Source: Thermoanaerobaculia bacterium
GTDB taxonomy: Bacteria > Acidobacteriota > Thermoanaerobaculia > Multivoradales > UBA5704
Length of the DNA stretch: 45,788 nucleotides
Assembly (NCBI GenBank): GCA_044226625.1
Contig: JBGAGQ010000055.1
Span: 1-45,788 of the forward strand
Reading direction: 5' to 3'
Part shown: positions 8,069 to 17,353 of the stretch, in pieces
Layout: every line of letters starts with the position of its first letter
Position numbering within the stretch: position 1 is the stretch's first letter
Notes under the pieces: model-generated
Database searches by the model: none
Seen by the model: the letters and a program-made list of their open reading frames with translations, nothing else
What the model was told of the DNA's origin: nothing
Translations under genes and position numbers: made by a program

Positions 8069-9648
8069 TTCGACCCTCCTATGACCTGGTTCGTCGCACT
8101 CCTGAGTTGGTCGAAGAGGGCGCTGATCTGCCCTCCAAGGCGGACGGCAAGGCGCGGGAAGCGCCGGGGTATCCGGGCGTGGAGCCCCCGGACCGACTCC
8201 ACCGCACCCCGTTTCAGCGAAGGGTCCTTGACCTGCGCCGTGAGGACGAGCGCGATCGGCAGGCGAATCGCCGGGATAGCAGCCGGCAGGACTCGCAAGG
8301 AGACCTGCTGGTGGATGTGGCAGGTGGGGACTGCGACCGATCTCATGACTGGGATGGGCCACACACGCACCGAGGTATATTCCGTGGCGGACACGCCGTT
8401 CCTCGCGCGGGCGCTTAGCGTGTAGGTCGTTCCTCCGGATGGCGACAGCTCGATCGAGCCTGTGGCGTCAATGGCGCCGACACCCTGGTCGATAGATACA
8501 TGATGTGCGCCTGTCACTCGCCAGGAGAGGCGCGTACGCGTCCCTTCAACGAGTGTCTCTGGATCGGCGACGAAGAAGGCGATCTCCGGCCCTCGTTGGG
8601 TGGCGCGCAGGACCAAGGCCCACTGCTGGTAGGAGGTCCGCAAGCGTGGATCGGAATGGCCTTCGTTCATGGTCGCCTTGAGCTTCTGCACTAGGGCCCT
8701 GGGCAAGGCGTCGAAGTCGCCGCGGTACTGGTGGTACAGCGGCTCGGAATCCGGGTTGAAGATCGGATCGTCGGGAGCGATCTCCGGCCACTCGTAGCGC
8801 TCGAGGTAGCTCTCGACCGACTCTCGGCTGAGATAGTTATTGAAGAAGAAGAGTGGGTGAAACAAGAAGAGCAGGTGATGAATGCCGATGAAAACCGACC
8901 AGGTGTCAGTGAAACGATCGACTCGAATTGCCGCGCCGGTTGTGGGCTGCGTCACCATCTGCTCTTTAATCTCCGGCGCCAACCACTCGTCGCGCTTGCC
9001 GAAGGTAGTGGGTTGCTCGTCCACACGATCGGTCACTGCGCCGCTGTCGTAATCGATGATGGCCAGATGGCACTCTTCGATGTTGACCAACAGATTGGGA
9101 GCGTTGATGTCGGCATGAATGAACGACATCTCGGCCAGCGCTTGGAAACCCTCGACGAGCTCGGTGGCGAGTAGGAGCCGATCCTCCATGCTCAACCTCT
9201 CATACGGGGAGTAGCCCCCGTGATAGTCGTCGAGGATGGCTGATAAAGAGACGTACCCTTCCGTGTCGAGGCGGTCCGCCGCATACCCCAGCACCTGGCG
9301 GCCGTCCATCTCGCCGATGAAGCTGAACTGGGGCAGGGCGCGGAGCGCCGGAAGGCTTTCGAGACCGGGTTGCCCCGAGGCGGCGCGCCGGGCGTTGCTC
9401 TCGCGGATCCTGCCTTGCAGCTTGCGGATCGCCTCGAACCCCTTGCGCGCACTGCCGAAGCCGTTGTCGCGCAGGATCTTGACCGCCTGAGCCGAGGCGG
9501 GAGCGGCACCGTTGATCGAAAGGCAAGCGTAGACCTCGCCGAAGCCGCCGCGCGCGAAGATGGGGCCCGCGAGTTCCAAAGAATGGATATACCCGAAGCC
9601 GGGTCGCAAGCCCGAGTGGAAACTATCGATGTTGGTGACGACTAGCAT
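8065..9648 (-). CDS. TerY-P/YegI-like Ser/Thr kinase with Ig-like C-terminal region
   Basis: ARGGFGEVY Gly-loop, AVK, HADINAPN catalytic loop, IIDYDS (YegI-type DxDS instead of DFG), WLAPE, D.WS. C-terminal beta-rich segment LSWRVTGA..SIDQGVG...TYTLSA. Confidence 0.8.
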   Translation of the reverse strand: MLVVTNIDSFHSGLRPGFGYIHSLELAGPIFARGGFGEVYACLSINGAAPASAQAVKILRDNGFGSARKGFEAIRKLQGRIRESNARRAASGQPGLESLPALRALPQFSFIGEMDGRQVLGYAADRLDTEGYVSLSAILDDYHGGYSPYERLSMEDRLLLATELVEGFQALAEMSFIHADINAPNLLVNIEECHLAIIDYDSGAVTDRVDEQPTTFGKRDEWLAPEIKEQMVTQPTTGAAIRVDRFTDTWSVFIGIHHLLFLFHPLFFFNNYLSRESVESYLERYEWPEIAPDDPIFNPDSEPLYHQYRGDFDALPRALVQKLKATMNEGHSDPRLRTSYQQWALVLRATQRGPEIAFFVADPETLVEGTRTRLSWRVTGAHHVSIDQGVGAIDATGSIELSPSGGTTYTLSARARNGVSATEYTSVRVWPIPVMRSVAVPTCHIHQQVSLRVLPAAIPAIRLPIALVLTAQVKDPSLKRGAVESVRGLHARIPRRFPRLAVRLGGQISALFDQLRSATNQVIGGSK

Positions 9649-9666
9649 CGGCGCTACCTAACCTTC

Positions 9667-10557
9667 TCAAGGAGCCGCGTGGCGCCGCTTCCGCCGCTGG
9701 TACTCGCGCGCCGCGCCGGTAACGATAAGGCCGAGGGTGGCGTCGTCCTCGATGAGAGAGCGGTCCTTCAGACCTTGGAGAAAGTGTTGCATTCGGTCCT
9801 TGAGGGACGGACCACCGCAGGGTTGGGAGAAGTAGCCGCCTAGGCAAGCGTAGAATTCCACCATAGGCTCCTCGGCCTTGATCCACAGGTCGCCTTGCGC
9901 GTCGGTGCCGTAGAGGAGCCGGTCGGCTGAACAGACTCCGTCGGTGCAGAGCAACAGAATGTCGCCAAACCGTGGGTCCTTGTCGACGGCAACCACGGTG
10001 GGTGGGAAGCGGTCGAACTCCTGAGAGAACGCGACGAGGTTGTAGAGCTGCTCCTTGCCATCGCTGAACAGGGAGTGGGGGCGCAGGTAGTTGGCCGAGC
10101 TCCACGGCAGCCCGTTCGTCGGCGCAGATTCGTCGAAATTGCCCCGCAGATGCCAGATGGCGCCGTTGCCGACATAGGCCGCCAGCAGGTGGGTGGGGGT
10201 CTCGACGCCGAGAAGAAGAGTCGTTCCGTAGCAAGGTTGAGAGGCGTCCGGAGGGGGCTCGCGCTTACCGAACTCGCCCCGCAGGTCCTGTCGCAGCCTG
10301 CTGAAAAGGGCGCAGAGGCCTGCGGACGAAGCGGGCTTCTGCGACTGCGCGAGCGCAGCCGCCCGCTGGACGGCGAACCGGGCAGCCTCTCCCGCGTTTA
10401 TGTAGCTGCCCAAGCCGTCCGCCACGGCGACGCCCCGGTAGGTCGAATCACTTTCTACCCAGAGCACCGCCGCATCTTCAGTCTCCTCCTCCCTGGCTCT
10501 CAATGTGACCGAGGCCAGGCAACAAAGAGAGCCTAGGGGCTCGCCGTCCGCCGTCAT
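9667..10557 (-). CDS. PP2C-family phosphatase (TerY-P/YegK-like)
   Basis: VAVADGLGS, GTTL, VGNG, LLCTDGV and DDATL motifs; ATGA overlap with the vWA stop. Confidence 0.85.
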   Translation of the reverse strand: MTADGEPLGSLCCLASVTLRAREEETEDAAVLWVESDSTYRGVAVADGLGSYINAGEAARFAVQRAAALAQSQKPASSAGLCALFSRLRQDLRGEFGKREPPPDASQPCYGTTLLLGVETPTHLLAAYVGNGAIWHLRGNFDESAPTNGLPWSSANYLRPHSLFSDGKEQLYNLVAFSQEFDRFPPTVVAVDKDPRFGDILLLCTDGVCSADRLLYGTDAQGDLWIKAEEPMVEFYACLGGYFSQPCGGPSLKDRMQHFLQGLKDRSLIEDDATLGLIVTGAAREYQRRKRRHAAP

Positions 10558-11228
10558 AGCGAAGGGATACCCGTGTTGATGGACATTGACTCGTGGAGGA
10601 AGCCCCTGAGGCTCTCGGCGTCGTGTACGGTCTGGTATCCCCTGGCGGGATTGCTGGCCAGGTGCCTGAGATGCTCCTGCGCCACGGTGTCCTGGCTGCC
10701 GAGCCCGGCGAAGTAGGTCGAGCAGACTGTGATCGCTTGGTTGCGCTTGATCTCTTCGGAGACGCGCAGGCTCTCCGCTGGGTCTACGACCCCACCTTCG
10801 CCGTCGCGGCCATCCGACATCACCACGAGAACCACCGATGAGGGGACGCCGCGGGGGGCCTGGCGCAGGAAATCCTCCGCGACTCGCTTAGCCTCCAGGA
10901 GGCCGGACCCGATGTTGGTTCCGCCGCCATGGTTCTGCAGGGGGTCATAGTTGCCATCGTCATTGACGTCGATGGCAGCAGTGACTGGCGTGTGGAGCTG
11001 GGCGTTCTCGTCGAAAGTCACGACGGAGAAAGAGAAGTTCTTGACGTAGCGTGATTGGCGGAAGCGAGTGAAGAGGCCGCGGACGGCGGAGTTCACCGCC
11101 TCAGCCTTGCTGATGTGGCCGGCCGCTGGCTCTGACATCGAGCCGCTGCCGTCCAGGACGAGGATTCCCAACTGGTTGAAGGACGGTGGCGCCAGACTGA
11201 CGGTAGTGGTGCGCGATCTTTCAAACAT
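10554..11228 (-). CDS. vWA-domain protein, TerY/YegL-like
   Basis: Intact MIDAS: LVLDGSGSM, GGTN, VMSDG. First gene of the vWA-PP2C-kinase triad. Confidence 0.85.
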   Translation of the reverse strand: MFERSRTTTVSLAPPSFNQLGILVLDGSGSMSEPAAGHISKAEAVNSAVRGLFTRFRQSRYVKNFSFSVVTFDENAQLHTPVTAAIDVNDDGNYDPLQNHGGGTNIGSGLLEAKRVAEDFLRQAPRGVPSSVVLVVMSDGRDGEGGVVDPAESLRVSEEIKRNQAITVCSTYFAGLGSQDTVAQEHLRHLASNPARGYQTVHDAESLRGFLHESMSINTGIPSL

Positions 11229-11420
11229 GTTTTCTCCGGCTTTCGGTTATGGATGCTGCCAGCCTCGGGGATCGAGGCAAATTACAGGCACGGTGCCCGG
11301 TGAGAAAGACACCGAAGGGGGCGGAAATGTATGAAGGCGGAGAGAATGAAGGGTGCACCCGTTTCCACCGCCTCAAAACCTCTCAGAACGTTGGCCCGCA
11401 ACTTAAGGAGCGGGGGCACC

Positions 11421-12020
11421 TAGTGGCTCGTAACGAAGGAATTAAAGCCGCTATGATCTTGCTTCAGGGCATGACCGAATCCAAGATTGTGTTGAGCGTT
11501 GCAGAGCGTGAAGAGCTTGAGCGGCGTCGCGGGTAGCGCAAGCTTCGGGCGGACGACGTGCGCCGCGCTCGTCTGATTCTGATGTTGGCCGCGGGAGAGT
11601 CATACACGTCGATTCAGACGGTTCTGGGCTGTGACCGCGGCTACATCGGCCGATGGAAAAGCGCTTTCTGGAGGAGCGCTTGGCGGGCCTGCACGCTCGC
11701 CATCTCGGCCGAGTAGCGACCATTCAGACTCCTCAGATGGAGGCTCGAATCCTCTCCTGGACTCGGCGTAAGCCGACCGATGGTTCGACGCATTGGACGG
11801 CGAGAAAGCTCGCGAAAGAGCTTGGCGTGTATCCCACATGTTGGTCGCGCGGGTCTGGAAGCGAGCGAATCTGAAGCCCCATCGGCTCGAACGATATATG
11901 GCGTCGAATGACCCTGATTTCGAAACGAAGGCCGTGGACGTGATAGGGCTTTGCATGAATCCGCCCCAGCACGCCGCGGTGTTCTGCGTCGACGAGGAAA
12001 CGGCGATTCATGTCTTGGCA
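11421..12020 (+). mobile_element. IS630-family element remnant with a pseudogenised transposase
   Basis: Putative left end TAGTGGCTCGTAACG at 11421. MTESKIVLSVAEREELER is followed by an in-frame TAG (11534-11536). Later fragments in different frames carry THWTARKLA, LKPHR, SNDPDFETKA.DVIGL.MNPP and VFCVDE. Truncated after the first catalytic Asp. Confidence 0.8.
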
Positions 12021-12049
12021 CGCGGATCAAGTGGACCGGATTGTTGAGT

Positions 12050-12873
12050 TTGGTGTAACCACATTGTTCCAGAGCCATTCGGGCCAACGCCGGGGACCGA
12101 ACGCAGAAGATCTTCCTGGACCTTCCAGGAGGGGCTCGCCTGCACCATACGATCCAGGTCACGGTCTAGCGGTTCGATCCGTTTGCGCAGCCAGGCGATG
12201 TGGGCCTTGACGTTCTTGATTACCGCTGGCTGACGACTTTGGGCGAGGCGGTTTGCTCTGCGCCGAGCATCTCGAGAAGCGGTCGTCGACCAGACAGAAG
12301 ATCCTCGAGCTGCTATCGTTCCGCCAAGGCCCAAGGGCGCGGCTCCGGTCGGACGCGTTCGTCGAAGAGGGCCAAGACCTTCGCGTCAACCCGATCGGTT
12401 TTGGCCAACTGGCCGAGGGCTCGAGCGAAGTCTCGCACCTGTCGGGGATTGACGATCGAGCAAGGGATTCCCGCGTGAGCCAGTGCGGCCCCAACGGGCT
12501 TCTCAAAGCCGCCTGTTGCCTCCAGGACGACCCGCACATCGGGCAAGGCGGAGAGCTGGGCAACCAGCTCCGCGAGACCCCTCTCGTCCGCTGCGACGGA
12601 TCCTTGGATCCCCAACGGCTGAACGAACCAATCCAACTGATTCTTGGAAAGATCAATGTCGGCGATCCGGTCCATGACAGTCTCCTCTGCCTTGGCTGGC
12701 ACCGTAGCTGCCGTACACGCTCATCCTTGCGAATGCGGGCTCAGGAGAAGCCCAGCAACTCGGGCTCTGCGGCAGCCTCACCGGTGGCGCTCAAAGCTCC
12801 CCCACGTGCTTTTAAACACCCGGAACGATCGAGCTACCACCGGCGCGGCGGTTACACCTGAGGAAGATACAAG
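12050..12873 (-). mobile_element. IS110-family element remnant: frameshifted, truncated transposase plus a non-coding left end
   Basis: DIDLSK, VVLEATGGFE, NPRQVRDFARALG and KTDRVDA (DEDD RuvC-like domain). A second frame gives LLRSVPGVGP and then truncates. The minus strand starts CTTGTAT at 12873. Confidence 0.8.
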
Positions 12874-13017
12874 GGACGTTCCGCCGAGAGGTTGGGGTCG
12901 CTTTGGACTCGAGCGGCCAGAGTATCTCGAAGTCCGAAACCGCTAGATCGCGCGGTCCCCCTCCGCAGGTGCCTCGCCGAGAGGTTGGGGGTGGTGCCTC
13001 AGGTTCGGGCGTCTCCC

Positions 13018-14088
13018 CTAAGGACAACGGACGAACGATGTCGTGTCGATCACCGGAGCCGCCGGGGGACCGGGGTAGCGGAAATAGATCCGCGCCAAAC
13101 CACCCCGGATGTCGAAGACCTCGATGCGCTGGAACAGGCTCGAGGGCGACGAGAGTGCTAGGGTGAATTTGCCCGAGGTCGAGCACGAGTCGATGACGTT
13201 GGCGAGGACCTGCCAGATGTCGTCGTTCGGGAAGGCGAGGATTCCGGAGGACGTTGAGGAGGTCCGCGCGGCCTCCACGGTCTCGTCGGTACCGGGGGCT
13301 CCGACGCGGTATTTCGCGGAGATCGCGAAACGATCCTGGAGGCAGAGCGAGGTCGAGGTGCCGGTGCAGGTCAGCGCCACGGGGAAGGTGAAGAAACCCG
13401 TTCCGGAACCGCCGACGGAGCCGTCGTGCGGTCCCACCACGTCGTTTCCGTTACCGTCGAGGGACCAGACGGCGACCAGGCCCGGCTGCGGCGCGGTGAT
13501 CGTCCGGTTGAGGAACTGGCGAATTTGCGCCTGCGTCCGCGCGATGCTCCAGAGGCGGACCTCATCGATCGAGCCTTGAGGGCTGAACGGGAAATTGAAT
13601 TCGCTGCCGATCCGCACATCGACGTTGTCTGTGGTCAAGGGCCCCGTCTCGGGAACGCTCAAGACCAGCTCGCCGTTGATGTAATGAAGGCGGCGCGTCC
13701 CGTTGAAGACGACCGCGACGTGGGTCCAACCGCTCGGGACCACGCCCCCTTCCTGGATCGAGGCGTTGCCTTTGAGGTAGGACCGGAGGCGGTTGCCGCA
13801 AACTCCGACCCACCACGCGCGGGAGAAATCCTTGCCCGCGATCGTGCTGCAGCCGTTCGGATCGGTGATCGCCACCCAGGCTTCGAGCGTGAAGCGATTC
13901 GTCGGATTGAGCGCCGGGCTGTGCGGAACGAGGATGTACCCCTCCGTCGGCCCGGACAGGTGGAACCAGGCGCCGAACGGCTGGGCGCCGGCCTCGCGGG
14001 GGACCATCAGACATCCGAGGGCGAACACGCCCCCGAGCAGAGCGGCACGAAGGGTCGGAACGGAGCGGAGAGGCGAAAGGGCGTTCAT
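13018..14088 (-). CDS. Secreted LamG/concanavalin-like domain protein
   Basis: Signal peptide (..EAGA). FTLEAWV, WTHVAVVFNG..LHYING and GSIDEVRLWSIART are LamG_3 motifs. C-terminal domain begins CTGTSTSLCLQDRF. Confidence 0.8.
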   Translation of the reverse strand: MNALSPLRSVPTLRAALLGGVFALGCLMVPREAGAQPFGAWFHLSGPTEGYILVPHSPALNPTNRFTLEAWVAITDPNGCSTIAGKDFSRAWWVGVCGNRLRSYLKGNASIQEGGVVPSGWTHVAVVFNGTRRLHYINGELVLSVPETGPLTTDNVDVRIGSEFNFPFSPQGSIDEVRLWSIARTQAQIRQFLNRTITAPQPGLVAVWSLDGNGNDVVGPHDGSVGGSGTGFFTFPVALTCTGTSTSLCLQDRFAISAKYRVGAPGTDETVEAARTSSTSSGILAFPNDDIWQVLANVIDSCSTSGKFTLALSSPSSLFQRIEVFDIRGGLARIYFRYPGPPAAPVIDTTSFVRCP

Positions 14089-14287
14089 CGAACGGACCTC
14101 CTCGAATTCAAAAGGAATCATCAGAAACGGATAGCAATGCGGCGATCTTAGCTTTGAATGGGCGCGGGAACAGCTCTCGGCGTTTCAGGTTCGAGGCCGC
14201 CCCGCGGATCTCGTGGGGTTCGCCGGCGAAGCCCTCGGGGCGGAAGGCCGACACCGTCTAGAATTCTCGGCCGGAGAATTCCCCGCC

Positions 14288-14677
14288 ATGTCGGACCACC
14301 ACGATCCACCGCCCACCGAGTCGGGGCCGCATCTCCCGGCGACGCTCCATCCGCGCCTGCGGGTGATGCGCGGCGAGGAGATCGCCTTCGGACCGGGTAA
14401 GGCCGATCTGCTCGCTGAGGTGGCGGAGGCCGGGACGCTCGCCGAGGCGGCGCGGCGGTTGGGGATGTCGTACATGCGCGCTTGGAAGCTGCTGCAGACG
14501 ATGAACGCGAGCTTCCGCGCGCCGGTCGCGATCGCCACCCGGGGAGGCGCGGCGCGGGGCCGGGTCGAGCTCACGGAGACGGGTAAGAGGGTGCTCGCGC
14601 TCTATCAGGAGATGGACGCCGCGTGCCGGCAGGCGGCGGATCCGGCCTGGCGGGAGCTCGCCGATCTGCTCGCCTGA
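14288..14677 (+). CDS. modE: ModE-like winged-helix regulator (HTH only, no Mop domain)
   Basis: FGPGKADLL..V.EAGTL..AARRLGMSYMRAW.L..MN, RGG..G..LT; directly upstream of modABC. Confidence 0.85.
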   Translation: MSDHHDPPPTESGPHLPATLHPRLRVMRGEEIAFGPGKADLLAEVAEAGTLAEAARRLGMSYMRAWKLLQTMNASFRAPVAIATRGGAARGRVELTETGKRVLALYQEMDAACRQAADPAWRELADLLA

Positions 14678-14694
14678 ATCGAAGGCCCGCACCG

Positions 14695-14724
14695 CGCCGA
14701 AATACTTGACGGGATATATCGGCG
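14695..14724 (+). promoter_or_regulatory. ModE box-like palindrome overlapping a -35 element
   Basis: CGCCGAAATAC-TTGACGGG-ATATATCGGCG fits CGnTATAT-N8-ATATAnCG with two mismatches in the left arm and contains TTGACG. Confidence 0.65.
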
Positions 14725-14763
14725 TTGGTAGGGTCCGCCCCACCTTTTGCTAAGGAGATCCGG

Positions 14764-15879
14764 ATGCGCCGTATCGGACTCGGCTCGATCGTCGCGGGCT
14801 GGATGATTTCGATTCCAGCGTTCGCGCAGCAGAGTCCGAACGCCGTGGTGACGCCGGCGGGGCGCGAGCCGACGCTCGCGATCGGCGGTCTGATCCAGGC
14901 GCAGGCGGAATTCGGCGACAGGGGCGACGCGCGGTTTTCGAACGACAACGATCGCTTCTTCCTCCGCCGGGCGCGCTTGAACGCGACCGGAAAATTCTTG
15001 GAGGAGTTCGATTTTCGGCTGGAGCTCGACCTCGCCGGGAGCCTCACGAACACCTCGGCGCTGCGCGCGCAGGCGACCGACGCCTACGTCAACTGGAACC
15101 GGTACCGATGGGCCAACGTCCGCGTCGGGCAGTTCAAGACGCCGTTCGGCTTCGAGCAGCTCTATGGCGATCCGCGGCTGCTCACCGCGGAACGGAGCCT
15201 CCCGAACGACCGGCTCACGCTCGGGCGGCAGATCGGCGTCCAGGTGGCCGGGGATTTCCACGACAAGCGGCTGAGCTATGCCGTCGGGACGTTCAACGGC
15301 AACGGCACGAACAACAACTTCAACGACGACGATCGCTTTCTGGTCGCCGCCCGCGGCGCCGGGGTTCCCTGGAAGGGAAAGCTCTGGGGCGCCTCGGCGA
15401 GCTGGTCGGTCGGGGCGAACGGCTATCGATCGACCGACACGAACGTGCCGCAGGGCGCGGAATTCGGTTTCGATTCGACGCCCGCGACGCCCGATCGCGA
15501 TGCGATCTTCTCCGGCGATCGGCGCGGCTGGGGCGTCGACAGCCAGCTGGTCGCGGGCCGCTTCGAGCTCTGGGGGGAGTACCTCACGACGCGCTGGGAA
15601 CCGACCTCGCGGCTCCCCGCGGCGAGCGTCGATTCGACGGGCTGGTACGCGCAGGCGAGCTGGTATGTCGTGCCCGATCGGCTCCAGATCGTCGCTAAGA
15701 CCGAGACGTTCGATCCCAACACGGATCGCTCGGGAGACGCGACGACCACGCGCACCGCGGGGCTGAGCTGGTTCTTCAAAGGGCACGACCTCAAGCTGCT
15801 GCTCGACTACCTCCGCGTCCAGGCGAACCGCGAGCCGGATCAGGACAAGGGGATCCTCCGGATGCAGGTGGTGTTCTAA
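14764..15879 (+). CDS. Anion-selective porin (OprO/OprP-like beta-barrel)
   Basis: Signal peptide; FFLRRARL, TDAYVN, VGQFKTPFGFEQL, AERS; C-terminal Phe (MQVVF); SD AAGGAG. Confidence 0.8.
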   Translation: MRRIGLGSIVAGWMISIPAFAQQSPNAVVTPAGREPTLAIGGLIQAQAEFGDRGDARFSNDNDRFFLRRARLNATGKFLEEFDFRLELDLAGSLTNTSALRAQATDAYVNWNRYRWANVRVGQFKTPFGFEQLYGDPRLLTAERSLPNDRLTLGRQIGVQVAGDFHDKRLSYAVGTFNGNGTNNNFNDDDRFLVAARGAGVPWKGKLWGASASWSVGANGYRSTDTNVPQGAEFGFDSTPATPDRDAIFSGDRRGWGVDSQLVAGRFELWGEYLTTRWEPTSRLPAASVDSTGWYAQASWYVVPDRLQIVAKTETFDPNTDRSGDATTTRTAGLSWFFKGHDLKLLLDYLRVQANREPDQDKGILRMQVVF

Positions 15880-15888
15880 GGCTCCGCC

Positions 15889-16668
15889 ATGAGATGCCGG
15901 AACGTTGGGCTCGCGAGTTTCCTGATCGCTTGGGCCGCAGGTCTCGCCGCCGCTCCGCTCGGCGCGGCGGAGATCCACGTCTCGGCGGCGGCGAGCCTCA
16001 CCGACGCGCTCCAAGAGATCGCGAGCCGGTACGAGTCGACCTCCGGCGACCGCGTCGTCCTGAATCTCGGCGCTTCGAGCCTGCTCGCGCGCCAGATCGA
16101 GGAGGGCGCTCCGGCCGATCTGTTCCTCTCCGCGGACGAAGCGAAGATGGACGCCCTGGAACGAAAAGGTTTGCTCGAGCCGGGCACCCGGAGAAACGTC
16201 TTGGGCAACACGCTCGTGGTCGTGGTTCCGCTCGATTCGAAGATCCGGATCGCGGGGGCCGGCGATCTCGCCGCGCCGTCGATCCGCGCGCTCGCGATCG
16301 CCGAGCCGCAGACCGTGCCGGCGGGGATCTACGCCAAGCAGTGGCTCCAAAAGACGGGCGTCTGGCGCAAGGTGATCGATCGCGTGGTGCCGGCCGAAAA
16401 CGTCCGCGCGGCGCTCGCCGCGGTCGAATCGGGCAACGTCGACGCCGGGGTCGTCTATCGGACCGACGCCGAGATCTCGAAGAAGGTGCGGATCGCCTAC
16501 GCGGTGCCGCGGGCCGGCGGCCCGAGGATCGTCTATCCGTTCGCCGGGGTGAAAGGGGAACAAGCGGCGGGGCGTCGATTCCTCGCTTACCTCCAATCGC
16601 CCCCGGCGCTCGAGGTCTTTCGACGGTACGGATTCCTGATCGAGGCCGCGTCGGTCGACGCGCCGTAG
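15889..16668 (+). CDS. modA: Molybdate ABC transporter substrate-binding protein
   Basis: VSAAASL, GASSLLARQIEEGAPADLFLSA, GNTLV, VPAGIYA, NVRAAL, DAGVVY.TDA. Confidence 0.95.
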   Translation: MRCRNVGLASFLIAWAAGLAAAPLGAAEIHVSAAASLTDALQEIASRYESTSGDRVVLNLGASSLLARQIEEGAPADLFLSADEAKMDALERKGLLEPGTRRNVLGNTLVVVVPLDSKIRIAGAGDLAAPSIRALAIAEPQTVPAGIYAKQWLQKTGVWRKVIDRVVPAENVRAALAAVESGNVDAGVVYRTDAEISKKVRIAYAVPRAGGPRIVYPFAGVKGEQAAGRRFLAYLQSPPALEVFRRYGFLIEAASVDAP

Positions 16669-16684
16669 CGACCGGCGAGGCGTT

Positions 16685-17353
16685 TTGTCCGGCGACGAGA
16701 TCCAGGTCCTCGGTTTTACCCTCGGCATGGCGGGTCTCGCCATGCTCGCGATCCTGCCGCCCGGGCTCGCGCTCGCCTGGCTGCTCGCGCGCCGCGCCTT
16801 TCCGGGAAAAGCGCTCCTCGAGACGCTCGTCGCCCTACCGCTCGTCATGCCGCCGGTCGCGACGGGCCTCTTCCTGCTCAAGCTCTTCGGCCGGCGGAGC
16901 CCGTTCGGCCGCTTCCTCCACGACCGGCTCGATCTCGACGTGATCTTCACCTGGCGCGGCGTGCTGGTCGCGATGGCGGTGATGTCGCTGCCGCTCTTCG
17001 TCCGTAGCGCCCGGGTGGCTTTCGAAGAGGTGCCGCGGCGCCTGGAGCAGATCGCGCGCACGCTCGGCGCCTCGCCGATCCGGACGTTCGCGACGATCAC
17101 GATGCCGCTCGCCGCGCGCGGCCTGGTCGCGGGGTTGCTGCTCGCCTTCGCCCGCGCGCTCGGGGAGTTCGGGGCGACGATCGTCGTCGCGGGCAACATC
17201 CCCGGCCGCACGCAGACCTCGGCGCTCGCGATCTATCAGCTGATCCAGCTCGGCCGCGACGACGAGGCGATCCGGCTCTGCCTCGCCGCGGCGGCGATCG
17301 CGTTCGTGGCGCTGTTCGCCTCCGAACGGCTGCTGCGAAGGAGGAGCGGATGA
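16685..17353 (+). CDS. modB: Molybdate ABC transporter permease
   Basis: LPLVMPPVATG.FLL, ARTLGAS, FARALGEFGATIVVAGNIPGRTQT. Confidence 0.95.
   Translation: MSGDEIQVLGFTLGMAGLAMLAILPPGLALAWLLARRAFPGKALLETLVALPLVMPPVATGLFLLKLFGRRSPFGRFLHDRLDLDVIFTWRGVLVAMAVMSLPLFVRSARVAFEEVPRRLEQIARTLGASPIRTFATITMPLAARGLVAGLLLAFARALGEFGATIVVAGNIPGRTQTSALAIYQLIQLGRDDEAIRLCLAAAAIAFVALFASERLLRRRSG

Noticed and set aside
8069-8362. N-terminal extension of the DUF4407-like ORF in the ORF track
   Set aside because: It overlaps the kinase gene; the SD and ATGA coupling place the start at 8068.
14605-17211. 868-aa antisense ORF
   Set aside because: Shadow of porin/modA/modB; Arg/Pro-rich with no motifs, typical of high-GC DNA.
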